A DNA stretch of 64,000 bases from an uncultured Nitrospirales bacterium (GTDB lineage: Bacteria; Hydrogenedentota; Hydrogenedentia; Hydrogenedentales; CAILVY01): positions 5,599 to 69,598 of the forward strand of contig CAYYRW010000037.1 of assembly GCA_964474205.1 (NCBI GenBank), in the 5' to 3' direction. Below the pieces are notes generated by a model. The model searched no databases. It was given only the letters and a program-made list of their open reading frames with translations, and was not told the origin of the DNA. Shown here in pieces: positions 1 through 9,223 of this stretch. How positions within the stretch are numbered: the stretch's first letter is position 1; each line of letters starts with the position of its first letter. The translations under genes and the position numbers were made by a program.

Positions 1-754
1 GCGCCGCGATGCCCACTCTCGGGGCCATAAGGCCGGTTCCCGGCGCCGCCGCCGTCTCAAGATCTCCCACAAGAATGATGTTCCGGCCAAACCGGCGGGT
101 CCGGATTGTATTGCCGGATTCATACCCGGCAAGGCCGCTGGCCATGACCAAGGGGATTTCCGGAAAGCACCGGGAAAACGTTTCAGCGATCATGGCCTTG
201 GCTTCCGGAGTGTCAAACGCTTCGACCGCCACATCCACACCGTCGAAAATCACGGGGATGTTTTCCGGTGTCAACCGGACGGCATGGGTGTCACACCGCA
301 CATACGGATTGATGCGCGCCAGGTTTTCGGCCAGCGCATCCACCTTGCGTTCCCCTATTTGATCAATAAAATACTGCTGGCGGTTGAGATTGCTCGGTTC
401 CACCACGTCAAAATCCGCCAGGATCAGCCGCCCGACCCCTATCCGCGCCAAGGCTCCCGCCACCACCGAGCCCAGCCCCCCCAACCCGGCAATGCCCACC
501 GTGCCGCGCCGCATGACCACATGAACCCCCGGGGTATGGCGCGCGGTCATCAGGGCTTCGAGTTCCTCCAGGCCGGGCTTCTCGCCTCGGCGGATAAACA
601 CCACTTCATCCCCGTCTTCCAGTGCACAATCTTCTTTCACCGGAGCGCCGTTAATGCAGATGACGTCGGCGCCGGGCTTTACCTGCTCCATCAGGGAGAA
701 GAGCCTTGTTCCTTCGGGCGCCTCCATCAATTGCTCGCATACTTTGATTTTCAT
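1..754 (-). CDS. ThiF/MoeB-family E1-like adenylyltransferase with N-terminal ThiS/MoaD-like beta-grasp domain (partial; C-terminus runs off window start)
   Basis: Reverse-strand translation from ATG at 752-754: MKIKVCEQLMEAPEGTRLFSLMEQVKPGADVICINGAPVKEDCALEDGDEVVF (ThiS-like), then ...RRGTVGIAGLGGLGSVVAGALARIGVGRLIL (GxGxxG Rossmann of ThiF/MoeB). Not in ORF track because no stop inside window. Confidence 0.6.
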   Translation of the reverse strand, partial: MKIKVCEQLMEAPEGTRLFSLMEQVKPGADVICINGAPVKEDCALEDGDEVVFIRRGEKPGLEELEALMTARHTPGVHVVMRRGTVGIAGLGGLGSVVAGALARIGVGRLILADFDVVEPSNLNRQQYFIDQIGERKVDALAENLARINPYVRCDTHAVRLTPENIPVIFDGVDVAVEAFDTPEAKAMIAETFSRCFPEIPLVMASGLAGYESGNTIRTRRFGRNIILVGDLETAAAPGTGLMAPRVGIAA

Positions 755-1052
755 GGTCGGCCTCCTTCGCGGCCTGCTATTCTTGGAAATGTTTCTCGGG
801 TGTTGTTTATTCCCGGCGCGCATGATTGTACGCCATCCATTCATCGAAAAACAGGGGGGTGGACGTGTGTATCGCCTCCCCTGCACTTCATTCGGATATC
901 CATCCATGGGGCAGGCGGGATAATGGCGCGTTGGCCGGAAATGAATCCGTATAACGCCGCTGCTATTGGTTTGTACGGAAAATGAACTCCTGATAGAATA
1001 TCACTCCGTCCGTTGAAAAATTTAAGCTGTCTCACTTATAAGGAATGTTGCC

Positions 1053-2627
1053 ATGAGCACTGAACCGACTCCCGTTATCACGGTAACCAATCCCCGTACG
1101 GGCAAAGAACTGTACACCATTCCGGAACCCACGATAGAAGACGTGGATCGCATGTATGATACCGCGCGGTCGGCCTTCGAGGTGTGGGGCCGCATGTCCG
1201 TGCGGGACCGGCTTCAGGAAATCCTTAAACTGAAACGGTATCTGCTCGAAAACCGCGAGCATGTGGTGGACCGAATTGTGGAGGAAGCGGGCAAATGCCG
1301 TTCCGATGCGTTGATCATGGACGTGTTCCCGAGCATCGACATCATTGATTATTACGAAAAGAACGCGGAACGGATTCTTGCCGACAAGCGGGTGAAAACG
1401 CCCCTGATGCTCATCGGCAAGAAGAGCAAGGTGGTCCATGATCCCATGGGCATCGTGCTGGTGATCTCGCCGTGGAATTATCCGTTCCATCTGGCGTTTG
1501 TGCCCGCGCTGTGCGCGATGATGGCCGGCAATACGGTGATTTTGAAACCGTCGCGGTACACGCCGCTCCACGGCGTGATGGAAGAGATGGTGGAAAAGAG
1601 CGGTTTCATGAAGGGCGTGTTCCAAGTGGCGTATGCCAGCCGCAAGACCGCCAACCGGCTCATCGAACACCGCCCGGCCAAAATCCATTTCACCGGCAGT
1701 GTGGACGTGGGCAAGAAAATCATGGAACAGGCCGCGCCCTTCCTTATTCCGGTGGAACTCGAACTGGGCGGCAAAGACCCGTTCATCGTATTCGAGGATG
1801 TGAACATTGAACGGACCGTGAACGGCGCGTTGTGGGGCAGTTTCGCCAATTGCGGCCAAACCTGCATCGGCGTCGAGCGCATTTTCGTGCAAGACACCCT
1901 CTACGATGAATTCGTGCGCGTGTTCAAGGAAAAGACCGAGAAGCTGCGGCATTTGGAATCGCCGGGCGGTCCCGTGGATGATCGGAATCTGGACGTCGGC
2001 TGCATGACCACGGAATTCCAAATCCAGGAAATCGAACAGCAGCTTGAACAGGCCCGCCAGAAGGGCGCGAAAGTCATCACGGGTGGCGCGCGCAACGGCA
2101 AATCGCACGTCCTCCCCCCCACCATCATTACCGATGCGGATAATTCGATGGCCATCCATTACAACGAATCCTTTGGACCGGTGGTGACCGTCACCAAGTT
2201 CAAGACGGAAGAAGAAGCCATCAAAATGGCGAACGACTCCCCCTACGGTTTGGCCGCGAGTGTATGGTCGCGCGATCTGGCGCGCGCGGAGCGCGTGGCG
2301 CGCCGTATCGTGACCGGCAATGTGTCGATCAACAACGTGATGGCTACCCAGGGCAATTCCGGGCTTCCGTTCGGCGGGATTAAGGACAGCGGTTTCGGGC
2401 GGTACAAGGGCGAATGGGGCTTGCACGCATTCTCGAACGTAAAATCCGTGCTTGTGGACCGGCAATTGCCGCGCATCGAGCCGTACTGGTACCCCTATTC
2501 CGTTGAAAAATACACCCTGCTCTCAAAAATTATGGATGCCGTGTTCAACGGCGGCCCGCTGGGCGCACTTAAAACCAGCCTCATCGCCTTGAAACTGGAA
2601 CTGCTGAACCGCAAGAAGAAACTGTAA
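1053..2627 (+). CDS. NAD(P)-dependent aldehyde dehydrogenase family protein
   Basis: 524-aa ORF; ALDH hallmarks VISPWNYPF, ELGGKDP, catalytic Cys region FANCGQTCIGVERIFV. Confidence 0.9.
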   Translation: MSTEPTPVITVTNPRTGKELYTIPEPTIEDVDRMYDTARSAFEVWGRMSVRDRLQEILKLKRYLLENREHVVDRIVEEAGKCRSDALIMDVFPSIDIIDYYEKNAERILADKRVKTPLMLIGKKSKVVHDPMGIVLVISPWNYPFHLAFVPALCAMMAGNTVILKPSRYTPLHGVMEEMVEKSGFMKGVFQVAYASRKTANRLIEHRPAKIHFTGSVDVGKKIMEQAAPFLIPVELELGGKDPFIVFEDVNIERTVNGALWGSFANCGQTCIGVERIFVQDTLYDEFVRVFKEKTEKLRHLESPGGPVDDRNLDVGCMTTEFQIQEIEQQLEQARQKGAKVITGGARNGKSHVLPPTIITDADNSMAIHYNESFGPVVTVTKFKTEEEAIKMANDSPYGLAASVWSRDLARAERVARRIVTGNVSINNVMATQGNSGLPFGGIKDSGFGRYKGEWGLHAFSNVKSVLVDRQLPRIEPYWYPYSVEKYTLLSKIMDAVFNGGPLGALKTSLIALKLELLNRKKKL

Positions 2628-2653
2628 CGAAATTCCGGGAATAGCTTTTGCCC

Positions 2654-4378
2654 CTATTCCATCACCGCACCGTGCGCGGCGGAGGTTACATATTTCACGT
2701 ACTGGCGCATGAATCCCGGAGGAATATCGCGCTGCGGCGGTCTACTCATTTCCTTCAATCGCTGGGCAATATCCACGCCATGGACATTCAGGGAACGGTT
2801 GGGAATGTCAATTTCAATTTCATCCCCGTCGCACAGGGCGGCCAACGGCCCGCCCACATACGCTTCGGGGGACACATGCCCGACACACGGTCCTTCGCTT
2901 GCACCGGAAAATCGCCCATCGGTGACAAGGGCCACCCGCTTTAGCCCGGAATGCGCCAGCGCCATGGTTACCGCCAGGGTTTCCGGCATGCCCGGCCCCC
3001 CCTTCGGGCCTTCGTAGCGAATGACAATCACATCGCCTTCTTGAATCGTATTATCCTCAAAAGCTTTCAGGGCCTCTTTTTCCGAATTCATCACGCGGGC
3101 CTTGCCCGTGAAGTGGCGCATCGCCAGCGCCACGGCCGATTGCTTCACCACCGCGCCGTCCGGTGCCAGATTGCCAAACAAGATTACCGTGCCCCCTTCA
3201 GGAAGATAGGGCGCCTGCTTGGGGCGGATTACCTCGGCATTCAGCACTTCCGCGTCCCGGAGCGTTTCCCGCAACGGTTCCCCGGTTACGGTCAACGCAT
3301 CCAGGTGCAAATCCTCCACAAGTTCTTTCATCACGGCACGGATGCCTCCCGCGGCATACAAATCCAAAATGCCGTGCGGCCCGTTGGGGCTGATGGAGAG
3401 CAATGTGGGGATTTTTCGATTGAAGTCATTAAATACAGACAATGGCAGATCCAGGCCCAGTTCGTGGGCAATGGCGGGAAGATGAAGGGTGCTGTTGGTG
3501 GAACCGCCGATGGCCAGATCCATTATCACCGCGTTTTCCAGGGCGTCCCGCGTGAGAATTTTCCGTGTGGTCAGCCCTTCCTTAATCATCTCTACGATGC
3601 GCTGGCCGGTTTTCCGGGCATAGGCCAATTTTTCGGGGTGGAACGCCGGAATATTCGCCGAACCCGGCAAGGTCATGCCCATTACTTCCGAGAGGCACTG
3701 AAAGGTATTGGCGGTGCCCATCACCTCACACGCGCCGCACGAAGCCGCCGTGGCGCAGGCCAGCCCCAGCGGCGTGCCCGCGTAGTCTTTGAAATCCACA
3801 CTATCCTTGCGTCCGGGTACATGGCGCACTTGCCAGGCATTCGATCCGCCGGTGAGCAGAATGGCGGGCAGATCAAGGCGCGCGGCGGCCATCAGCATGC
3901 CCGGAATGATCTTGTCACACGAGGCGATTAACACCATGCCGTCGAAGACCATGCTGCGCACGTGGGTTTCGACGATGTTCGCGATAAGTTCGCGCTGCGG
4001 CAGGATGTAGCGCATACCCTCATGCCCTTCCGCCATGCCATCGCAGGGCGCGGGCACATTAAACTCGAAGGGCAATCCGCCCGCCGCGTGAATGCCTTCT
4101 TTAACCCGCTCCCCCAGGGCGCGCAGGTGCATGTGACCGGGATTCAGTTCGGTATGTGAATTCACCACGGCGATCATGGGCTTTTGCAGCGCTTCCACGA
4201 TGTCCGCGCCAGTGCTTTTGATAAGGGCCATACGCAATACGTTTATCAGGCCGTCACTGGGATTGAAATACTGGCTGCTCTTGGGCTTGTCCATGCCGGT
4301 CACTCCTGTCAACGATTTATGCCGTTCGATATCGTAACAGCCCCGGCGGGCGGGGCTGTCACAAACTTTTCGAAACAA
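2654..4378 (-). CDS. ilvD: dihydroxy-acid dehydratase
   Basis: 574 aa; IlvD/EDD family motifs CDKIIPGMLMAAARL, SGGSNAW..., CPGxGSC-like cluster region TCATAASCGACEVMGTANTF; typical length. Confidence 0.9.
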   Translation of the reverse strand: MFRKVCDSPARRGCYDIERHKSLTGVTGMDKPKSSQYFNPSDGLINVLRMALIKSTGADIVEALQKPMIAVVNSHTELNPGHMHLRALGERVKEGIHAAGGLPFEFNVPAPCDGMAEGHEGMRYILPQRELIANIVETHVRSMVFDGMVLIASCDKIIPGMLMAAARLDLPAILLTGGSNAWQVRHVPGRKDSVDFKDYAGTPLGLACATAASCGACEVMGTANTFQCLSEVMGMTLPGSANIPAFHPEKLAYARKTGQRIVEMIKEGLTTRKILTRDALENAVIMDLAIGGSTNSTLHLPAIAHELGLDLPLSVFNDFNRKIPTLLSISPNGPHGILDLYAAGGIRAVMKELVEDLHLDALTVTGEPLRETLRDAEVLNAEVIRPKQAPYLPEGGTVILFGNLAPDGAVVKQSAVALAMRHFTGKARVMNSEKEALKAFEDNTIQEGDVIVIRYEGPKGGPGMPETLAVTMALAHSGLKRVALVTDGRFSGASEGPCVGHVSPEAYVGGPLAALCDGDEIEIDIPNRSLNVHGVDIAQRLKEMSRPPQRDIPPGFMRQYVKYVTSAAHGAVME

Positions 4379-4379
4379 T

Positions 4380-5159
4380 TCAAATGTTGTGCTTCATAAA
4401 TTCCAGACTAATGCGGAGGTCGTCAAATATGTCGCCTTCGCAATTATCCTGCTCATAGACATACCATTCGACGCCCGCTTCTTCCGCGGCCGCGAATATG
4501 CCGTCCCAGGGCAGTACACCGCTGCCTATGGGGCAGAATTTGTGTTGGCCGGGCTTATTTTTTTTGGACACGTCCTTCACATGAATAACCGGACAGCGGT
4601 TGGCGTATTTGCGCAGGTAATCAATCTCCTCCACCCCGCCAAGATGCAACCAAGCCAGGTCAAATTCACAGTACAGGTTCTTGGGCGAGGTGCTTTCGTA
4701 CAAAATATCCAGTTTCGTGCGCGGATCCTCCGGGAATTTCTCCAATTCATGCGCATGGTTGTGATACGAAAGGCGCATGCCGGCGGCGGCCAGTTTCGCG
4801 CCCAAGGCGTCCAGGCGGGCCGCGCCGCGTTTCCAGTCCTCGAGTGTCTTGGTGCAATCCCCCATCATGCCGCCCGGCGCGACATCTTTCGCCCCGACGG
4901 TTTGCCAAAATTTCACTTGGGCGTCAAAATCCTTTTCAAAGTCTTCCACCCCGACGTGGGCGGCAATCGCTTTCAAGCCGGCCTTGTCGAGCGCCGCCTT
5001 AATTTCCTCCGCGGTCAGATTGGGCATGCCGCTCCATTGCACAAACTCATACCCGATGTCACGGGCCCGTTTCAGGGTTTCCTCCAGGTTCTTCTTTGCC
5101 GGTTCGCGCACGGTGTACAATTGCAGCGCGATTCTCGGATGGGGTTTGCCATTGCTCAT
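4380..5159 (-). CDS. sugar phosphate isomerase/epimerase (xylose-isomerase-like TIM barrel)
   Basis: 259 aa; AP-endonuclease-2/xylose isomerase-like TIM barrel pattern (IALQLYTVRE..., HNHAHE, EYEQD). Confidence 0.75.
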   Translation of the reverse strand: MSNGKPHPRIALQLYTVREPAKKNLEETLKRARDIGYEFVQWSGMPNLTAEEIKAALDKAGLKAIAAHVGVEDFEKDFDAQVKFWQTVGAKDVAPGGMMGDCTKTLEDWKRGAARLDALGAKLAAAGMRLSYHNHAHELEKFPEDPRTKLDILYESTSPKNLYCEFDLAWLHLGGVEEIDYLRKYANRCPVIHVKDVSKKNKPGQHKFCPIGSGVLPWDGIFAAAEEAGVEWYVYEQDNCEGDIFDDLRISLEFMKHNI

Positions 5160-5236
5160 GTCCTATCTCCCAGTGCTCATGGTTGAATGTTGATGCGCCG
5201 TTATTCTAACAGGTTCAGAAAATGTTTTCATACCAC

Positions 5237-5434
5237 TATAGCGCGCGTAGTTGCGCCGGGGATGGTGCACCTAATCCCCCAACGGGGCAACCGGCGGTTG
5301 CCCACTTTTTTCTGTGGTGACGATTATGGCGTCTACTTGGATTTGTTGGCGGAATGGTGTGGGCACCGTCACGTGAACATCTGGGGGTGGTGTTTGATGC
5401 CTAATCATAGGCGCTGCTTCCCCGCGGCTGTGGA
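5237..5434 (+). mobile_element. decayed 5' fragment of IS200-like/RAYT (COG1943) transposase gene, repeat copy A
   Basis: ORF 5187-5453 encodes ...VHLIPQRGNRRLPTFFCGDDYGVYLDLLAEWCGHRHVNIWGWCLMPNH, matching the RAYT N-terminus up to the first His of the HUH motif, then diverges/stops; nearly identical to 6162-6359. Confidence 0.7.
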
Positions 5435-5478
5435 AGTTCAGTCTTCGATTTAGACGTTCTGGCGTCAGGAATAACATT

Positions 5479-5553
5479 TTTTGTGTTCTTTGTGATCTCT
5501 TCGGGCAAGGCCCCGGAATATTGGCCACAAAGAACGCATAGACCACAAAGAAA
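5479..5553. repeat. left imperfect inverted-repeat arm flanking GxxExxY gene (tgtgttctttgtg ... ccggaatattggccacaaagaacgcatagaccacaaag)
   Basis: Reverse-complement partner at 6017-6080 (ttctttgtgatctttgtgttctatgcggccaatattccg ... acacaaagaacgcaaag). Confidence 0.55.
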
Positions 5554-5633
5554 GTTTTTGTGATTTATGATCACTTTGTGGTTATATGGTTTGTGCGTTG
5601 AACATCAATCATCAACTGTGAGGAGATTAGGCC

Positions 5634-6026
5634 ATGGATATGAAAGCGTTGTGTGATCAGGTGAGGCAAACATCGTATGACATTCATGCCTATCACGGGC
5701 ATGGCCACCTTGAAAAAGTGTATGAGAATGCTTTGGCGCATCGTCTGAAGAAAATTGGGTTAAAGGCCGAACAGCAGCATCCAATTGATGTCTATGATGA
5801 GGACGGGACGCTTCTTGGGGAATTTTTTGCTGATCTGTTGGCGGAGGGAGAGCTGGTCATCGAACTCAAAGCAGTTAAAGCATTTGCCCCCGAGCACGAA
5901 GCCCAGATTCTCGGGTATTTGAAATCGTCCCGGAAGGAACACGGGTTACTGATAAACTTCGGTTCGTATAAATTTGAAATCCGCAAATACATCAGGAGTG
6001 TTAATCAAAAAGAAATTTCTTTGTGA
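5634..6026 (+). CDS. GxxExxY family protein (PD-(D/E)XK nuclease superfamily, TIGR04256-like)
   Basis: 130 aa; LLGEFFADLLAEGELVIELKAV ... HEAQILGYLKSSRKEHGLLINFG matches the characteristic C-terminal signature of GxxExxY proteins. Confidence 0.75.
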   Translation: MDMKALCDQVRQTSYDIHAYHGHGHLEKVYENALAHRLKKIGLKAEQQHPIDVYDEDGTLLGEFFADLLAEGELVIELKAVKAFAPEHEAQILGYLKSSRKEHGLLINFGSYKFEIRKYIRSVNQKEISL

Positions 6027-6080
6027 TCTTTGTGTTCTATGCGGCCAATATTCCGTAATTGTAACACAAAGAACGCAAAG
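6017..6080. repeat. right imperfect inverted-repeat arm flanking GxxExxY gene
   Basis: Contains ggccaatattccg and cacaaagaacgca, reverse complements of motifs at 5516-5540. Confidence 0.55.
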
Positions 6081-6085
6081 ATAGC

Positions 6086-6359
6086 ATCTCGGAAATCCGG
6101 GGACACCTTACTGAAATAGTATTTTCCCGCTGACTTTTATGCATTTTTCTGGCAGGACACGTATAGCGCGCGTAGTTGCGCCGGGGATGGTGCACCTAAT
6201 CCCCCAACGGGACAACCGGCGGTTAACCACTTTTTTCTGTGGTGACGATTATGCCGTCTACTTGGATTTATTGGCGGAATGGTGTGGGCACCGTCACGTG
6301 AACATCTGGGGGTGGTGTTTGATGCCTAATCATAGGCGCTGCTTCCCCGCGGCTGTGGA
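6086..6359 (+). mobile_element. decayed 5' region + N-terminal fragment of IS200-like/RAYT transposase gene, repeat copy B (longest copy)
   Basis: ORF 6139-6426 encodes the same RAYT N-terminus (…CLMPNHRRCFPAAV) then diverges; upstream 75 bp (ggaaatccggggacacc…cttttatgcatttttctggc) shared with copy C. Confidence 0.7.
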
Positions 6360-6909
6360 CGCACAACCGGGGCGCAGGGTACCTCCGAAGAAACCGGGGC
6401 ACAAGGGTCCAAGAAAGCCAAATTAAATATACGGTCCCCGGAATACCCCGACCCGGGCTTCAGATTGAGCACCGCTTCCAATGCCCGGGGCATGAGTTCC
6501 TCGCGCAGTTTGGGAATGAGCGATACCTGCTGGGTAATGTCGGGGGCTGCCGCAACCGGAACAGTAACCGGAGCCGGAGGCGGTGTGCCTGCAGACTGCG
6601 GTGCTTCCGTTCCGGCCACCCAGGAAGCGGCGTTCTTCAGGCCGCCCCCGATGCCGCCGGCCACGTCGCCCACGTCCTTGAGCGCGCCACATCTCGCTAA
6701 AAAAAGCCGTGCGCCAGCAGATGGAATCTTGTATAATTGTTGCTGAAACCGGCGGTAACAGCGCCCAAACAACACAGCGGAGGTTTTGTAATGAGGGAAG
6801 TGCCGGAACGTTACGAAGTCGAATGTAATCAAGAAGTTGATTTCGTGGTTCCCATGAAACGATAATCTACCGTACAATCGCAAACAGCGGAACAAAGGAG
6901 GTTCATATA

Positions 6910-7368
6910 ATGTCAAGTGCGTTAGCATCTTCGCAGCCATCCCAGGTTCTTCGTGCTGTTGATGCGGACCTGCCGTTTCTGGCCTCAGAAGCGGCTATTG
7001 ATCTCGACAACTTGCATTCAGGCACCTACACCGAAGTGGATGCGGTACGGCGCTTAGCGGAGCGGCTCAAGAATTCGGTGCCGAGTCGATACGATCCTGC
7101 AAACAAGCGCGTTTTGGACCCTGCAACACTCATCGTCCTTGGGGAGGCCGTAACAGTCTCGTTGTGGAACGAGGAATCTCCGCAAAAGGTGGATGAATTA
7201 CTCGCTAAAGCTGCCGAGATCGCCGATTTCTTGTCGGGAGATGAACTAACCAAGAATCCGGAACAGCTCAATAGTGCTCGTAACTTTTGTGTTGCTCTGT
7301 CACGAGCGGCACTAGCTTATCGGAAATCCCTTCGTGACTTGCGCCCACCGCACCCCTTTCGGAGGTAG
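6910..7368 (+). CDS. hypothetical protein (first gene of lower-GC three-gene operon)
   Basis: 152-aa ORF with strong SD (aaaggagg) 8 nt upstream; stop TAG 7366-7368 two nt before next ATG; no recognisable motif. Confidence 0.6.
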   Translation: MSSALASSQPSQVLRAVDADLPFLASEAAIDLDNLHSGTYTEVDAVRRLAERLKNSVPSRYDPANKRVLDPATLIVLGEAVTVSLWNEESPQKVDELLAKAAEIADFLSGDELTKNPEQLNSARNFCVALSRAALAYRKSLRDLRPPHPFRR

Positions 7369-7370
7369 TC

Positions 7371-8612
7371 ATGGTCACAGTTGAGTATGCGCGGGCTCGC
7401 ATCATGTCTGCCATAGATGAAATTGAGCGGCTCAAGCATTCCGAATTCCCCGACGATCATTCGCGTCAAGCGATATGCCTTCTGGAAAATCTATTCCGAG
7501 AGCGAAGTAGGGTTTTGTCAAGGATCACTGACACAACCGACCCCGAGGTGGCAAACAACGAGTGCAGCGTTTCGCTCGAGTTGCTCTTCGTATTTGTCCC
7601 AATCATGGGCTTTGTATTACGCTCGACAAACGTACGGAACGCGTTCGAAGCCTATTCGCCATTATTACGTCTCGCCAAGAGCCTTATGGGTGTCGACACG
7701 AAGCTCGTCGTGTCATCGGAATGGGAGTTTTCGCCCATTACTTACGTTTCGGGTACAACTCTACCCGGCTTCGTTCTCATTGGTTTGCCTGCAACTGAAT
7801 CCTCAAATCCCTTGATTGTACCGTTAGCCGGACATGAACTTGGGCATTCCGTTTGGGAAGTCGAAGGAGTTGGACAGAAATTCGAAGACAGGATTCGCCA
7901 AGGGGTAGTGGATGAACTAACGGGAAAGCGGTGGGCTGACTACACGGCACTCTACCCACAATATAAAAAAGACGACATTGAAACCAATTTGTTCTGCCGA
8001 TCTACATGGGAACCTGCATACACTTGGTCGATGTTGCAAGCGGAGGAGATCTTTTGCGACTTCTTCGGTCTTCGCTTGTTTGCCGAGTCATATCTGCACG
8101 CCTTTGCTTATCTCCTTGCACCAGGCACGTCAAGTCAACGTTCTGTGAAGTACCCAAATATTAGGCGCCGCATATCGCATATTGTCTTAGCAGCCAAAAA
8201 ACTCAACGTGACGGTTCCCAGCGCCTTTGTGAACAGTTTCGTAGTTGAGTCAGAACCGACAGAACCCAGAACAGCTTTACTCGTTTCCGTTGCCGATTTT
8301 GCATCCGAACTCCTTGTGGAGGAGTTGCTCGACGAGGCCCGAAGTTTTGCAGATGGTCATTCCATTGCCCAACGCGATTCTGCACGAGTCACAAATATCG
8401 CCGGCCAGTTCACAAAATGGGTTGTTCCGTCTGCTTCTCACGAGGCGCTCGTCAATATTCTGAATGCCGGATGGAACTGCAATCTTGATCCCAAGCTTTG
8501 GTTGAATGTTCCGCAACTCAAAAGCGAGGACCGCGTTCGCGTCTTGCGAGACCTAATGCTAAAGAGCATGGAAGTGGCAGAGATACAAATCCGGTTGGGG
8601 AACGCGTCATGA
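7371..8612 (+). CDS. HExxH zinc-metallopeptidase-like protein (ImmA/IrrE- or SprT-like motif LAGHELGHSVW)
   Basis: 413 aa; single HExxH (HELGH) with downstream acidic candidate third ligand (QAEEIFCDFFG); stop TGA overlaps next gene start (ATGA at 8609-8612). Confidence 0.55.
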   Translation: MVTVEYARARIMSAIDEIERLKHSEFPDDHSRQAICLLENLFRERSRVLSRITDTTDPEVANNECSVSLELLFVFVPIMGFVLRSTNVRNAFEAYSPLLRLAKSLMGVDTKLVVSSEWEFSPITYVSGTTLPGFVLIGLPATESSNPLIVPLAGHELGHSVWEVEGVGQKFEDRIRQGVVDELTGKRWADYTALYPQYKKDDIETNLFCRSTWEPAYTWSMLQAEEIFCDFFGLRLFAESYLHAFAYLLAPGTSSQRSVKYPNIRRRISHIVLAAKKLNVTVPSAFVNSFVVESEPTEPRTALLVSVADFASELLVEELLDEARSFADGHSIAQRDSARVTNIAGQFTKWVVPSASHEALVNILNAGWNCNLDPKLWLNVPQLKSEDRVRVLRDLMLKSMEVAEIQIRLGNAS

Positions 8613-9223
8613 TTCTTAAAGCCGACAAGATCGCGCAGGAGTTGAGGACGCCGTCAAATCCAGAGGATCCCTTAGTCATTACTCCACAGCCTGACTTGGA
8701 GTCTCTGAAGAAATCCGGCGCGGCATCTATCGATATTCGCTTGGGATGTTGGTTCTTGGCGTGTCGAACGAGTCGTACGGGGGGGTTGGATGTCTACGAA
8801 AAAGATAGCGTTACGCCCAATGAAGCCCAACTCACCAAGGGAAGCTATGTCCGATATGGCGAAGGATTTGTTTTGCATCCACGTTCGTTTGTTCTTGGTG
8901 TTACCATGGAGTGGATCCGATTGCCAGCGAATCTGGCAGCGTATGTCATCGGGCGATCCTCATGGGGGCGTCATGGGTTGATCATTGCGACAGCTACGGG
9001 AGTTCACCCCGGCTTCACGGGGTGTTTGACTCTTGAGCTATCCAATGTGGGTGAAATTCCGATCAAGGTGAAGCCGGGAACAACCATTTGCCAATTGTTC
9101 ATTCACCATGTGGACAGTGGAGATCCCAAGCTCGTTGACCGTAGCACCTTTGTTGGGCGAAGAAAGCCTACGCTTGGTTCGATTACCCTAGACGACATTG
9201 CCAAACAATTGGCCGGAACGTGA
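8609..9223 (+). CDS. dCTP deaminase / dUTPase-fold (Dcd-like) protein
   Basis: 204 aa from ATG 8609; MILKADKI..., GRSSWGRHGL, TGVHPGFTGCLTLELSNVGEIPIKVKPGTTICQL match the Dcd signature (GRSS.GR.GL ... G.ITLEL.N.G..PI.L.PG..I.QL) including the catalytic Glu context. Confidence 0.8.
   Translation: MILKADKIAQELRTPSNPEDPLVITPQPDLESLKKSGAASIDIRLGCWFLACRTSRTGGLDVYEKDSVTPNEAQLTKGSYVRYGEGFVLHPRSFVLGVTMEWIRLPANLAAYVIGRSSWGRHGLIIATATGVHPGFTGCLTLELSNVGEIPIKVKPGTTICQLFIHHVDSGDPKLVDRSTFVGRRKPTLGSITLDDIAKQLAGT

Noticed and set aside
284-985. 233-aa plus-strand ORF
   Set aside because: Antisense/alternative frame of the ThiS-ThiF gene and its upstream region; no motifs
1032-2465. 477-aa minus-strand ORF
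   Set aside because: Fully antisense to the aldehyde dehydrogenase gene, His/Arg/Gly-rich translation typical of antisense high-GC frames
2951-3931. 326-aa plus-strand ORF
   Set aside because: Antisense to ilvD
4389-5186. 265-aa plus-strand ORF
   Set aside because: Antisense to the sugar phosphate isomerase gene
6326-6940. 204-aa minus-strand ORF as a single gene
   Set aside because: Chimera of repeat copy B antisense, a high-GC fragment and the AT-rich leader of the island operon; no start context
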